The position numbers and the translations under genes are program-made. 64,000 bases of DNA from Macrostomum lignano (Eukaryota). The notes beneath the pieces were generated by a model that saw only the letters and a program-made list of their open reading frames with translations, ran no database searches and was not told the DNA's origin. Positions 26,138-40,023 of the stretch are shown here, piece by piece; position 1 is the stretch's first letter; each line of letters opens with the position of its first letter. Location of the stretch: the NCBI GenBank assembly GCA_002269645.1, contig NIVC01000526.1, positions 1 to 64,000 on the forward strand. The letters run 5' to 3'.

Positions 26138-26984
26138 GGGGCGATTTAAGGGGCTATTTGAGGGGTGATTTGATGGGTGATTTGAGGGGTGATTAGAGAG
26201 GTGATTTGAGGGGTGATTTGAGGGGGTGATTTGAGGAGGATCTGGGGGGTGATTTCACTGAGATAATGTTTAATATTATTGCTTAGCATCAAGGTTCTAG
26301 AATCGGTAACGGAACCCGATGACTGCAGACCCGGCCGGACAGACAGTGTTACGTAGATTGTTCAACAGCGGCTGAGAAAAAACGGTTGCAAAGTTTTGAC
26401 GCTATAGCGTTCGGTGTTCCTCTAAGCATGCGCACAGTTCAGCCAGTGCTGCTGTCTCTGCCCCTGTCATTAATCAATATTTAGCATTTTTACAGCTCAG
26501 TGTTAACTATACACAGACTGGAACGCTGCAGGTTACCCACCCCCACCCCCTCTAGCGATCCGCTCTCTCTGACTCTGACCAACTCACAGGTCCGGGTGCC
26601 GACAAAGGCTTAGTTAGGGGAGGGGCAGCAAGGCGCTTCACCTCTCACGCGATCGGGCCCTTCAATGCGACTCACATTGGCATGATTGATAATTACCCTA
26701 CGACTGCTCTTTGCTGAAATGCACCGGGCCGCCAGCCTCCGGGATCCTCAGTTGCTTGAGCCTTAGTTTGAGGGTTTGCAGAGGGGAGGAGGCAAGCAAG
26801 TCATGCTAATATTAGGAGGATGGACAATCAGAAAGTTCTCTATCACTTTCCTGATCAGAGACAAAAAATGAACACTGTTAATCGTCCTCTCAACAAAGTT
26901 CCCACGCAAAGTGACGCGCACTTGACCCCTTCGCAGCGAGTCTGGCGAATGAGCAGAGTGAGGGAGCTGCTCGAACCTCAGCTC

Positions 26985-27480
26985 GCGGCAGGCAGTTGTC
27001 ATGGAGCAGTCGGATGGCCCTGGTGACCTTGTCACGCCTCTTGTCCTTGATTGCTTCCTTCAGCTGGCGCAATGTATTGTAGCAACGTAGGACTCTCCCG
27101 TGACCCGTCTGCTTCTCAGGCAACCACTCGATCAGCAGCACCCTTTGATGATTCCAGAAGATGGTAACCATCCGATTCTTCATTGACGGCACGATTGCAC
27201 GCTGAATCTCAGGATCGAGTTTTGGCACCCATCTGGCAAAAACCTTCGACATTCCCAGCTGGACCGTCAGGATGGACTGCGCGCTGCCATAACTGATGCC
27301 ACAGGCCTCTGCTTTCTCAGCAACAGTCACTCATTTGTCCTCGTCAAGGAGGTTCTATACGTTGTCGATGACACTCTGGCTGGTGGAGGTCCTGGGTCTG
27401 CCACTGCGAGGTTCGTCTTCGAAGTCACCTATTTGTGACACGACTTTGCTCATAATGGATGCACGAATGGCTTCGCTTGA
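26985..27480 (-). pseudogene. Degenerate mariner transposase (stop codons, internal deletion)
   Basis: FEDEPRSGRPRTS, GISYGSAQSIL, GMSKVFARWVPKL, MVTIFW, LRQLKEAIKDKRR, LLHDN. In-frame stops; the region carrying the first catalytic Asp appears to be missing. Confidence 0.88.
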
Positions 27481-27789
27481 AACTGACACAGTCGCTCAAG
27501 GGTGGTGAAGAAACAGCAATGCTGCAGATTCTCGTGTGCTCAATCAGATGTTATTACTGGTCAAGTGCAGTGTGTGAGCCAACCATGGCTGCACTCTTGG
27601 CAACCGTGATTGACATCTACGCCTGACTCCGTGATTCTCTGCAGTACCATGGAACCCCAGGTCCTCTGTGGATTGATTTTGTCAAGTGGACAAAATTTTT
27701 CTCTAAATTAACCTGCTCTGCGTCTTAAATTCAATGCTCTGTGCCATAGACGGTGTTTTTACCATAGACGAAAGTAAAAACATTGGTTG

Positions 27790-30700
27790 AATAGAATTTG
27801 GACATTCAAGCCAGGTCACAGACTCGGGCTGCTTGGGAATGTACAACCATAGAATGTAGAATGGACATTCAAGCCAGGTCACAGACTCGGGCTGCTTGGG
27901 AATGTACAACCATAGAATGTAGAATGGACATTCAAGCCAGGTCACAGACTCGGGCTGCTTGGGAATGCACAACCATAGAATGTAGAATGGACATTCAAGC
28001 CAGGTCACAGACTCGGGCTGCTTGGGAATGCACAACCATAGAATGTAGAATGGACATTCAAGCCAGGTCACAGACTCGGGCTGCTTGGGAATGCACAACC
28101 ATAGAATGTAGAATGGACATTCAAGCCAGGTCACAGACTCGGGCTGCTTGGGAATGCACAACCATAGAATGTAGAATGGACATTCAAGCCAGGTCACAGA
28201 CTCGGGCTGCTTGGGAATGCACAACCATAGAATGTAGAATGGACATTCAAGCCAGGTCACAGACTCGGGCTGCTTGGGAATGCACAACCATAGAATGTAG
28301 AATGGACATTCAAGCCAGGTCACAGACTCGGGCTGCTTGGGAATGCACAACCATAGAATGTAGAATGGACATTCAAGCCAGGTCACAGACTCGGGCTGCT
28401 TGGGAATGCACAACCATAGAATGTAGAATGGACATTCAAGCCAGGTCACAGACTCGGGCTGCTTGGGAATGCACAACCATAGAATGTAGAATGGACATTC
28501 AAGCCAGGTCACAGACTCGGGCTGCTTGGGAATGCACAACCATAGAATGTAGAATGGACATTCAAGCCAGGTCACAGACTCGGGCTGCTTGGGAATGCAC
28601 AACCATAGAATGTAGAATGGACATTCAAGCCAGGTCACAGACTCGGGCTGCTTGGGAATGCACAACCATAGAATGTAGAATGGACATTCAAGCCAGGTCA
28701 CAGACTCGGGCTGCTTGGGAATGCACAACCATAGAATGTAGAATGGACATTCAAGCCAGGTCACAGACTCGGGCTGCTTGGGAATGCACAACCATAGAAT
28801 GTAGAATGGACATTCAAGCCAGGTCACAGACTCGGGCTGCTTGGGAATGCACAACCATAGAATGTAGAATGGACATTCAAGCCAGGTCACAGACTCGGGC
28901 TGCTTGGGAATGCACAACCATAGAATGTAGAATGGACATTCAAGCCAGGTCACAGACTCGGGCTGCTTGGGAATGCACAACCATAGAATGTAGAATGGAC
29001 ATTCAAGCCAGGTCACAGACTCGGGCTGCTTGGGAATGCACAACCATAGAATGTAGAATGGACATTCAAGCCAGGTCACAGACTCGGGCTGCTTGGGAAT
29101 GCACAACCATAGAATGTAGAATGGACATTCAAGCCAGGTCACAGACTCGGGCTGCTTGGGAATGCACAACCATAGAATGTAGAATGGACATTCAAGCCAG
29201 GTCACAGACTCGGGCTGCTTGGGAATGCACAACCATAGAATGTAGAATGGACATTCAAGCCAGGTCACAGACTCGGGCTGCTTGGGAATGCACAACCATA
29301 GAATGTAGAATGGACATTCAAGCCAGGTCACAGACTCGGGCTGCTTGGGAATGCACAACCATAGAATGTAGAATGGACATTCAAGCCAGGTCACAGACTC
29401 GGGCTGCTTGGGAATGCACAACCATAGAATGTAGAATGGACATTCAAGCCAGGTCACAGACTCGGGCTGCTTGGGAATGCACAACCATAGAATGTAGAAT
29501 GGACATTCAAGCCAGGTCACAGACTCGGGCTGCTTGGGAATGCACAACCATAGAATGTAGAATGGACATTCAAGCCAGGTCACAGACTCGGGCTGCTTGG
29601 GAATGCACAACCATAGAATGTAGAATGGACATTCAAGCCAGGTCACAGACTCGGGCTGCTTGGGAATGCACAACCATAGAATGTAGAATGGACATTCAAG
29701 CCAGGTCACAGACTCGGGCTGCTTGGGAATGCACAACCATAGAATGTAGAATGGACATTCAAGCCAGGTCACAGACTCGGGCTGCTTGGGAATGCACAAC
29801 CATAGAATGTAGAATGGACATTCAAGCCAGGTCACAGACTCGGGCTGCTTGGGAATGCACAACCATAGAATGTAGAATGGACATTCAAGCCAGGTCACAG
29901 ACTCGGGCTGCTTGGGAATGCACAACCATAGAATGTAGAATGGACATTCAAGCCAGGTCACAGACTCGGGCTGCTTGGGAATGCACAACCATAGAATGTA
30001 GAATGGACATTCAAGCCAGGTCACAGACTCGGGCTGCTTGGGAATGCACAACCATAGAATGTAGAATGGACATTCAAGCCAGGTCACAGACTCGGGCTGC
30101 TTGGGAATGCACAACCATAGAATGTAGAATGGACATTCAAGCCAGGTCACAGACTCGGGCTGCTTGGGAATGCACAACCATAGAATGTAGAATGGACATT
30201 CAAGCCAGGTCACAGACTCGGGCTGCTTGGGAATGCACAACCATAGAATGTAGAATGGACATTCAAGCCAGGTCACAGACTCGGGCTGCTTGGGAATGCA
30301 CAACCATAGAATGTAGAATGGACATTCAAGCCAGGTCACAGACTCGGGCTGCTTGGGAATGCACAACCATAGAATGTAGAATGGACATTCAAGCCAGGTC
30401 ACAGACTCGGGCTGCTTGGGAATGCACAACCATAGAATGTAGAATGGACATTCAAGCCAGGTCACAGACTCGGGCTGCTTGGGAATGCACAACCATAGAA
30501 TGTAGAATGGACATTCAAGCCAGGTCACAGACTCGGGCTGCTTGGGAATGCACAACCATAGAATGTAGAATGGACATTCAAGCCAGGTCACAGACTCGGG
30601 CTGCTTGGGAATGCACAACCATAGAATGTAGAATGGACATTCAAGCCAGGTCACAGACTCGGGCTGCTTGGGAATGCACAACCATAGAATGTAGAATGGA

Positions 30701-33700
30701 CATTCAAGCCAGGTCACAGACTCGGGCTGCTTGGGAATGCACAACCATAGAATGTAGAATGGACATTCAAGCCAGGTCACAGACTCGGGCTGCTTGGGAA
30801 TGCACAACCATAGAATGTAGAATGGACATTCAAGCCAGGTCACAGACTCGGGCTGCTTGGGAATGCACAACCATAGAATGTAGAATGGACATTCAAGCCA
30901 GGTCACAGACTCGGGCTGCTTGGGAATGCACAACCATAGAATGTAGAATGGACATTCAAGCCAGGTCACAGACTCGGGCTGCTTGGGAATGCACAACCAT
31001 AGAATGTAGAATGGACATTCAAGCCAGGTCACAGACTCGGGCTGCTTGGGAATGCACAACCATAGAATGTAGAATGGACATTCAAGCCAGGTCACAGACT
31101 CGGGCTGCTTGGGAATGCACAACCATAGAATGTAGAATGGACATTCAAGCCAGGTCACAGACTCGGGCTGCTTGGGAATGCACAACCATAGAATGTAGAA
31201 TGGACATTCAAGCCAGGTCACAGACTCGGGCTGCTTGGGAATGCACAACCATAGAATGTAGAATGGACATTCAAGCCAGGTCACAGACTCGGGCTGCTTG
31301 GGAATGCACAACCATAGAATGTAGAATGGACATTCAAGCCAGGTCACAGACTCGGGCTGCTTGGGAATGCACAACCATAGAATGTAGAATGGACATTCAA
31401 GCCAGGTCACAGACTCGGGCTGCTTGGGAATGCACAACCATAGAATGTAGAATGGACATTCAAGCCAGGTCACAGACTCGGGCTGCTTGGGAATGCACAA
31501 CCATAGAATGTAGAATGGACATTCAAGCCAGGTCACAGACTCGGGCTGCTTGGGAATGCACAACCATAGAATGTAGAATGGACATTCAAGCCAGGTCACA
31601 GACTCGGGCTGCTTGGGAATGCACAACCATAGAATGTAGAATGGACATTCAAGCCAGGTCACAGACTCGGGCTGCTTGGGAATGCACAACCATAGAATGT
31701 AGAATGGACATTCAAGCCAGGTCACAGACTCGGGCTGCTTGGGAATGCACAACCATAGAATGTAGAATGGACATTCAAGCCAGGTCACAGACTCGGGCTG
31801 CTTGGGAATGCACAACCATAGAATGTAGAATGGACATTCAAGCCAGGTCACAGACTCGGGCTGCTTGGGAATGCACAACCATAGAATGTAGAATGGACAT
31901 TCAAGCCAGGTCACAGACTCGGGCTGCTTGGGAATGCACAACCATAGAATGTAGAATGGACATTCAAGCCAGGTCACAGACTCGGGCTGCTTGGGAATGC
32001 ACAACCATAGAATGTAGAATGGACATTCAAGCCAGGTCACAGACTCGGGCTGCTTGGGAATGCACAACCATAGAATGTAGAATGGACATTCAAGCCAGGT
32101 CACAGACTCGGGCTGCTTGGGAATGCACAACCATAGAATGTAGAATGGACATTCAAGCCAGGTCACAGACTCGGGCTGCTTGGGAATGCACAACCATAGA
32201 ATGTAGAATGGACATTCAAGCCAGGTCACAGACTCGGGCTGCTTGGGAATGCACAACCATAGAATGTAGAATGGACATTCAAGCCAGGTCACAGACTCGG
32301 GCTGCTTGGGAATGCACAACCATAGAATGTAGAATGGACATTCAAGCCAGGTCACAGACTCGGGCTGCTTGGGAATGCACAACCATAGAATGTAGAATGG
32401 ACATTCAAGCCAGGTCACAGACTCGGGCTGCTTGGGAATGCACAACCATAGAATGTAGAATGGACATTCAAGCCAGGTCACAGACTCGGGCTGCTTGGGA
32501 ATGCACAACCATAGAATGTAGAATGGACATTCAAGCCAGGTCACAGACTCGGGCTGCTTGGGAATGCACAACCATAGAATGTAGAATGGACATTCAAGCC
32601 AGGTCACAGACTCGGGCTGCTTGGGAATGCACAACCATAGAATGTAGAATGGACATTCAAGCCAGGTCACAGACTCGGGCTGCTTGGGAATGCACAACCA
32701 TAGAATGTAGAATGGACATTCAAGCCAGGTCACAGACTCGGGCTGCTTGGGAATGCACAACCATAGAATGTAGAATGGACATTCAAGCCAGGTCACAGAC
32801 TCGGGCTGCTTGGGAATGCACAACCATAGAATGTAGAATGGACATTCAAGCCAGGTCACAGACTCGGGCTGCTTGGGAATGCACAACCATAGAATGTAGA
32901 ATGGACATTCAAGCCAGGTCACAGACTCGGGCTGCTTGGGAATGCACAACCATAGAATGTAGAATGGACATTCAAGCCAGGTCACAGACTCGGGCTGCTT
33001 GGGAATGCACAACCATAGAATGTAGAATGGACATTCAAGCCAGGTCACAGACTCGGGCTGCTTGGGAATGCACAACCATAGAATGTAGAATGGACATTCA
33101 AGCCAGGTCACAGACTCGGGCTGCTTGGGAATGCACAACCATAGAATGTAGAATGGACATTCAAGCCAGGTCACAGACTCGGGCTGCTTGGGAATGCACA
33201 ACCATAGAATGTAGAATGGACATTCAAGCCAGGTCACAGACTCGGGCTGCTTGGGAATGCACAACCATAGAATGTAGAATGGACATTCAAGCCAGGTCAC
33301 AGACTCGGGCTGCTTGGGAATGCACAACCATAGAATGTAGAATGGACATTCAAGCCAGGTCACAGACTCGGGCTGCTTGGGAATGCACAACCATAGAATG
33401 TAGAATGGACATTCAAGCCAGGTCACAGACTCGGGCTGCTTGGGAATGCACAACCATAGAATGTAGAATGGACATTCAAGCCAGGTCACAGACTCGGGCT
33501 GCTTGGGAATGCACAACCATAGAATGTAGAATGGACATTCAAGCCAGGTCACAGACTCGGGCTGCTTGGGAATGCACAACCATAGAATGTAGAATGGACA
33601 TTCAAGCCAGGTCACAGACTCGGGCTGCTTGGGAATGCACAACCATAGAATGTAGAATGGACATTCAAGCCAGGTCACAGACTCGGGCTGCTTGGGAATG

Positions 33701-36700
33701 CACAACCATAGAATGTAGAATGGACATTCAAGCCAGGTCACAGACTCGGGCTGCTTGGGAATGCACAACCATAGAATGTAGAATGGACATTCAAGCCAGG
33801 TCACAGACTCGGGCTGCTTGGGAATGCACAACCATAGAATGTAGAATGGACATTCAAGCCAGGTCACAGACTCGGGCTGCTTGGGAATGCACAACCATAG
33901 AATGTAGAATGGACATTCAAGCCAGGTCACAGACTCGGGCTGCTTGGGAATGCACAACCATAGAATGTAGAATGGACATTCAAGCCAGGTCACAGACTCG
34001 GGCTGCTTGGGAATGCACAACCATAGAATGTAGAATGGACATTCAAGCCAGGTCACAGACTCGGGCTGCTTGGGAATGCACAACCATAGAATGTAGAATG
34101 GACATTCAAGCCAGGTCACAGACTCGGGCTGCTTGGGAATGCACAACCATAGAATGTAGAATGGACATTCAAGCCAGGTCACAGACTCGGGCTGCTTGGG
34201 AATGCACAACCATAGAATGTAGAATGGACATTCAAGCCAGGTCACAGACTCGGGCTGCTTGGGAATGCACAACCATAGAATGTAGAATGGACATTCAAGC
34301 CAGGTCACAGACTCGGGCTGCTTGGGAATGCACAACCATAGAATGTAGAATGGACATTCAAGCCAGGTCACAGACTCGGGCTGCTTGGGAATGCACAACC
34401 ATAGAATGTAGAATGGACATTCAAGCCAGGTCACAGACTCGGGCTGCTTGGGAATGCACAACCATAGAATGTAGAATGGACATTCAAGCCAGGTCACAGA
34501 CTCGGGCTGCTTGGGAATGCACAACCATAGAATGTAGAATGGACATTCAAGCCAGGTCACAGACTCGGGCTGCTTGGGAATGCACAACCATAGAATGTAG
34601 AATGGACATTCAAGCCAGGTCACAGACTCGGGCTGCTTGGGAATGCACAACCATAGAATGTAGAATGGACATTCAAGCCAGGTCACAGACTCGGGCTGCT
34701 TGGGAATGCACAACCATAGAATGTAGAATGGACATTCAAGCCAGGTCACAGACTCGGGCTGCTTGGGAATGCACAACCATAGAATGTAGAATGGACATTC
34801 AAGCCAGGTCACAGACTCGGGCTGCTTGGGAATGCACAACCATAGAATGTAGAATGGACATTCAAGCCAGGTCACAGACTCGGGCTGCTTGGGAATGCAC
34901 AACCATAGAATGTAGAATGGACATTCAAGCCAGGTCACAGACTCGGGCTGCTTGGGAATGCACAACCATAGAATGTAGAATGGACATTCAAGCCAGGTCA
35001 CAGACTCGGGCTGCTTGGGAATGCACAACCATAGAATGTAGAATGGACATTCAAGCCAGGTCACAGACTCGGGCTGCTTGGGAATGCACAACCATAGAAT
35101 GTAGAATGGACATTCAAGCCAGGTCACAGACTCGGGCTGCTTGGGAATGCACAACCATAGAATGTAGAATGGACATTCAAGCCAGGTCACAGACTCGGGC
35201 TGCTTGGGAATGCACAACCATAGAATGTAGAATGGACATTCAAGCCAGGTCACAGACTCGGGCTGCTTGGGAATGCACAACCATAGAATGTAGAATGGAC
35301 ATTCAAGCCAGGTCACAGACTCGGGCTGCTTGGGAATGCACAACCATAGAATGTAGAATGGACATTCAAGCCAGGTCACAGACTCGGGCTGCTTGGGAAT
35401 GCACAACCATAGAATGTAGAATGGACATTCAAGCCAGGTCACAGACTCGGGCTGCTTGGGAATGCACAACCATAGAATGTAGAATGGACATTCAAGCCAG
35501 GTCACAGACTCGGGCTGCTTGGGAATGCACAACCATAGAATGTAGAATGGACATTCAAGCCAGGTCACAGACTCGGGCTGCTTGGGAATGCACAACCATA
35601 GAATGTAGAATGGACATTCAAGCCAGGTCACAGACTCGGGCTGCTTGGGAATGCACAACCATAGAATGTAGAATGGACATTCAAGCCAGGTCACAGACTC
35701 GGGCTGCTTGGGAATGCACAACCATAGAATGTAGAATGGACATTCAAGCCAGGTCACAGACTCGGGCTGCTTGGGAATGCACAACCATAGAATGTAGAAT
35801 GGACATTCAAGCCAGGTCACAGACTCGGGCTGCTTGGGAATGCACAACCATAGAATGTAGAATGGACATTCAAGCCAGGTCACAGACTCGGGCTGCTTGG
35901 GAATGCACAACCATAGAATGTAGAATGGACATTCAAGCCAGGTCACAGACTCGGGCTGCTTGGGAATGCACAACCATAGAATGTAGAATGGACATTCAAG
36001 CCAGGTCACAGACTCGGGCTGCTTGGGAATGCACAACCATAGAATGTAGAATGGACATTCAAGCCAGGTCACAGACTCGGGCTGCTTGGGAATGCACAAC
36101 CATAGAATGTAGAATGGACATTCAAGCCAGGTCACAGACTCGGGCTGCTTGGGAATGCACAACCATAGAATGTAGAATGGACATTCAAGCCAGGTCACAG
36201 ACTCGGGCTGCTTGGGAATGCACAACCATAGAATGTAGAATGGACATTCAAGCCAGGTCACAGACTCGGGCTGCTTGGGAATGCACAACCATAGAATGTA
36301 GAATGGACATTCAAGCCAGGTCACAGACTCGGGCTGCTTGGGAATGCACAACCATAGAATGTAGAATGGACATTCAAGCCAGGTCACAGACTCGGGCTGC
36401 TTGGGAATGCACAACCATAGAATGTAGAATGGACATTCAAGCCAGGTCACAGACTCGGGCTGCTTGGGAATGCACAACCATAGAATGTAGAATGGACATT
36501 CAAGCCAGGTCACAGACTCGGGCTGCTTGGGAATGCACAACCATAGAATGTAGAATGGACATTCAAGCCAGGTCACAGACTCGGGCTGCTTGGGAATGCA
36601 CAACCATAGAATGTAGAATGGACATTCAAGCCAGGTCACAGACTCGGGCTGCTTGGGAATGCACAACCATAGAATGTAGAATGGACATTCAAGCCAGGTC

Positions 36701-37133
36701 ACAGACTCGGGCTGCTTGGGAATGCACAACCATAGAATGTAGAATGGACATTCAAGCCAGGTCACAGACTCGGGCTGCTTGGGAATGCACAACCATAGAA
36801 TGTAGAATGGACATTCAAGCCAGGTCACAGACTCGGGCTGCTTGGGAATGCACAACCATAGAATGTAGAATGGACATTCAAGCCAGGTCACAGACTCGGG
36901 CTGCTTGGGAATGCACAACCATAGAATGTAGAATGGACATTCAAGCCAGGTCACAGACTCGGGCTGCTTGGGAATGCACAACCATAGAATGTAGAATGGA
37001 CATTCAAGCCAGGTCACAGACTCGGGCTGCTTGGGAATGCACAACCATAGAATGTAGAATGGACATTCAAGCCAGGTCACAGACTCGGGCTGCTTGGGAA
37101 TGCACAACCATAGAATGTAGAATGGACATTCAA
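27790..37133. repeat. 63-bp satellite, 148 near-identical copies (9.3 kb)
   Basis: Unit tggacattcaagccaggtcacagactcgggctgcttgggaatgcacaaccatagaatgtagaa. First unit at 27799, last start at 37123; (37123-27799)/63 = 148. I saw variation (c>t) only in the first two units. Confidence 0.99.
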
Positions 37134-37595
37134 AACGGGAATTTGTCCAATTTAATGTATTTTTTCTGGCAGTTTCTAGCATCTAGCAGTTCCGATAATT
37201 CCTTGAGCGTCAGGAAAGGATTTTCATCGAGTTTCTCAACCAATAATTCTCCCATTTCCAGTCGGCCTTACACAATCCTGTCTTTCCGACCACCGCGGGG
37301 AAGGGATTCCGCACTCTGCCATCGAGTCGAAAGTTGGCAGCGATTCGGAATGCGGTTGTTTTCTTGATTTGCAAGATTCTTGCAGCTGCTGCGATGGATG
37401 ACCCTTGTTCAATCATCGCATCAATCAGCCGCTGGCGATTTGCTGCAGGAATTGGTGGCGCCATTGGATGGGGTCGCTTTCAGGCCAAAGATGAGCAAAC
37501 AGGGGAGGGAGGGACCGAGAGCGATAAAATCCCAGTCCAATTCCCGTTTTGAATGGCTTTTTCCCATATTGAATGTCCAAAGTTATAGTCTATGG
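37108..37595 (-). mobile_element. Deleted Tc1/IS630-like element (about 490 bp) with an HTH-only, frameshifted ORF
   Basis: Ends ccatagaatgtagaatggacattcaaaacgggaatt and ttcccgttttgaatg..ttgaatgtccaaagttatagtctatgg are imperfect inverted repeats. ORF 37464-37210 reads NRQRLIDA..AARILQIKKTTAFRI..GRV; a shifted frame continues PRGG..LVEKLDENPFLTLKELSELL. Confidence 0.7.
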
Positions 37596-37636
37596 CCAAG
37601 CCTCCCTTAGTAGACTTTGCTAAACTGCTTAAGTCC

Positions 37637-37833
37637 ATGGGCCGTATGCAGAAAGCCTAGTCCAGACTAGCTAGTCCGGACTTGGGTAGTTCAGTCTATA
37701 GTCTATGGTCTAGCTAGCCTAGTTCTGCTATAGTAGACTGGTCTAACTTTGTGTTTCTGCATACCAAATCCAAGTCTAGACTAGCTTTTCAAGACCGGAC
37801 TACCCTAGACAGAGCTTTCTGCATACGGCCCAT
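37637..37833. mobile_element. MITE (197 bp) with a perfect 20-bp terminal inverted repeat
   Basis: atgggccgtatgcagaaagc (37637-37656) and gctttctgcatacggcccat (37814-37833). Confidence 0.8.
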
Positions 37834-38919
37834 TGTGTGATCTGCGGCCTGCCTTGAATGTCAATATGACGTCCCGTTTTGACTATCTAAATTCCCATTT
37901 ACTTTTTATCTGCAACGAGTTTTCTAAGAAGGTCACGAGAGCCACTTGCCACTTGCACTGCAAATATTGGTGTTTTTTTCAATTACTGAACTTCATTCCA
38001 AGCGTTGAGAATTTCTCTACGTAGATTCTGGAACTCACAGTTTGAGGAAGCAGAACTACTCCACAATCAGTATATGCTTTACGCAGCTCGATAAGACGGA
38101 GTCAGTGAGCATAGGCCTGTTACACGCCAGGGTAATAATTCGGGTGCATTTGTTCCGGTCTAGCGATAACAGCGAGTCATTCTATGACATTTGTTGCAGC
38201 GCAGGGAGATAAGAAGCTGTCCCAGCACTTTAACTACCACAGGGTTAAAAACAGCTTGTCACAATGCGCCTGAGACAAAGAGATTTGATTGACTTAATTT
38301 TCTCCATCTAAATGACAGTCTTTGGCTCAAAATCCTGACAAGCTGAATCTTCTGATCGGCAGGTGAACTAGTCAATACTACAGTATATACACTTGGGCTA
38401 GTTATTATTCAATACGAGTACCACTAGTGCAAACACACAAGGCTGTGCTGGTCGTACAGGACAAACACGATACCAGTGGGATCGCGGCTCACTTGTTTGC
38501 TCACCCCGGTGCAGTGGGGGACTTCGGCTGGCCAGGAGCTTGAGGGGGGGGCGCTTTTCAAATTGGCCGCAGATTTCCCGATCTCTGTTGAATCCGATTT
38601 TGAAGTGGGCCGCTTGTCTGCGCTGTAGTGTGAGAGAATTGCAGCTCAAGTCGTTCTCCCGTTTCTCTCTCTGAGCAGTGCGCTTTTCGTAGGAGAAAAA
38701 GAGAGAGAGAGACCTTCTGGACTCAACTGGATTTTATGGCGGCTCTGTGGCCAATCACAGGCCGGACAGCCTGTTAGCAAACAGGCACTCCTACGGGGGG
38801 GACACGCACTTGCAGCATGCGCCACTGCGTTAAATTTTATTTCCACTATCGCACTATACGAGCGTATTGTATGATATCGTTGGATTGAACAACTGTTTGT
38901 GACTTACTGAGTCCCTACA

Positions 38920-39553
38920 TTGTCCCTTCAGTGTCCCTTCAGTGTCCCTACAGTGTCCCTTCAGTGTCCCTTCAGTGTCCCTCCAGTGTCCCTTCAGTGT
39001 CCCTTCAGTGTCCCTACAGTGTCCCTTCAGTGTCCTTTCAGTGTCCCTTCAGTGTCCCTTTCAGTGTCCCTTCAGTGTCCCTACAGTGTCCTTTCAGTGT
39101 CCCTTCAGTGTCCCTTCAGTGTCCCTTCAGTGTCCCTACAGTGTCCCTACAGTGTCCCTTCAGTGTCCCTACAGTGTCCCTTCAGTGTCCCTTCAGTGTC
39201 CCTTCAGTGTCCCTTCAGTGTCCCTTCAGTGTCCCTTCAGTGTCCCTTCAGTGTCCCTTCAGTGTCCCTTCAGTGTCCCCTCAGTGTCCCTTCAGTGTCC
39301 CTTCAGTGTCCCTTCAGTGTCCCTTCAGTGTCCCTACAGTGTCCTTTCAGTGTCCCCTCAGTGTCCCTTCAGTGTCCCTTCAGTGTCCCTTCAGTGTCCC
39401 TTCAGTGTCCCTACAGTGTCCTTTCAGTGTCCCCTCAGTGTCCCTTCAGTGTCCCTTCAGTGTCCCTTCAGTGTCCCTTCAGTGTCCCTTCAGTGTCCCT
39501 ACAGTGTCCCTTCAGTGTCCCTTCAGTGTCCCTTCAGTGTCCCTTCAGTGTCC
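38920..39553. repeat. 11-bp minisatellite
   Basis: (cagtgtccct[t/a])n. Confidence 0.97.
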
Positions 39554-39568
39554 AATTGCAGCGTCCCC

Positions 39569-40023
39569 CAGGGGTGTCGCCACCTGGAGGGGACAGGGGG
39601 GACATGTCCCCTAAAGTAAAAGCAGCTATGGGGGGGCATGCGAATGTTTGGTCCCCCCATCTAACCCTATGACCTGTTTTGGAAATCAATAATTTTGCTT
39701 CCAGGCGACAAAATATATAGCACCTGTGGCACTAAAACGAGTGCCTACGGCGCCAAAGCGAGTGCTTGCGGCGCTAAAAATGAGTGCCTGCGGCGCTAAA
39801 AATGAGTGCTTGCGGCGCTAAAAATGAGTGCTTGCGGCGCTAAAAATGAGTGCTTGCGGCGCTAAAAATGAGTGCCTGCGGCGCTAAAAATGAGTGCCTG
39901 CGGCGCTAAAAATGAGTGCCTGCGGCGCTAAAATGAGAGCTGCCAACACAGATTCTGAAAAAAATGTACATGTAGAATTCTAGGCTTTGTCCCCCCATCA
40001 TAAAATCCATGGCGACGCCCCTG
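39569..40023. mobile_element. hAT-like non-autonomous element (455 bp) with an 8-bp TSD
   Basis: TIRs caggggtgtcgcca and tggcgacgcccctg (13/14 match). gcgtcccc is duplicated at 39561-39568 and 40024-40031. Internal 22-bp tandem repeat at about 39745-39935. Confidence 0.85.

Noticed and set aside
23519-26196. DLRG- and RRLPADVC-repeat ORFs
   Set aside because: Translations of the 12-bp and 14-bp arrays.
23547-26255. Interstitial telomere
   Set aside because: The unit is GATTTGAGGGGT, not TTAGGG.
27790-37133. CRISPR-like regular array
   Set aside because: Units are identical with no unique spacers, there are no cas genes, and the context is eukaryotic.
27703-37367. 3159-aa and 3189-aa ORFs on opposite strands
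   Set aside because: The 63-bp unit is a multiple of 3 and happens to lack stops in one frame per strand. There is essentially no variation, no signal peptide and no domain. It is a satellite, not a gene.
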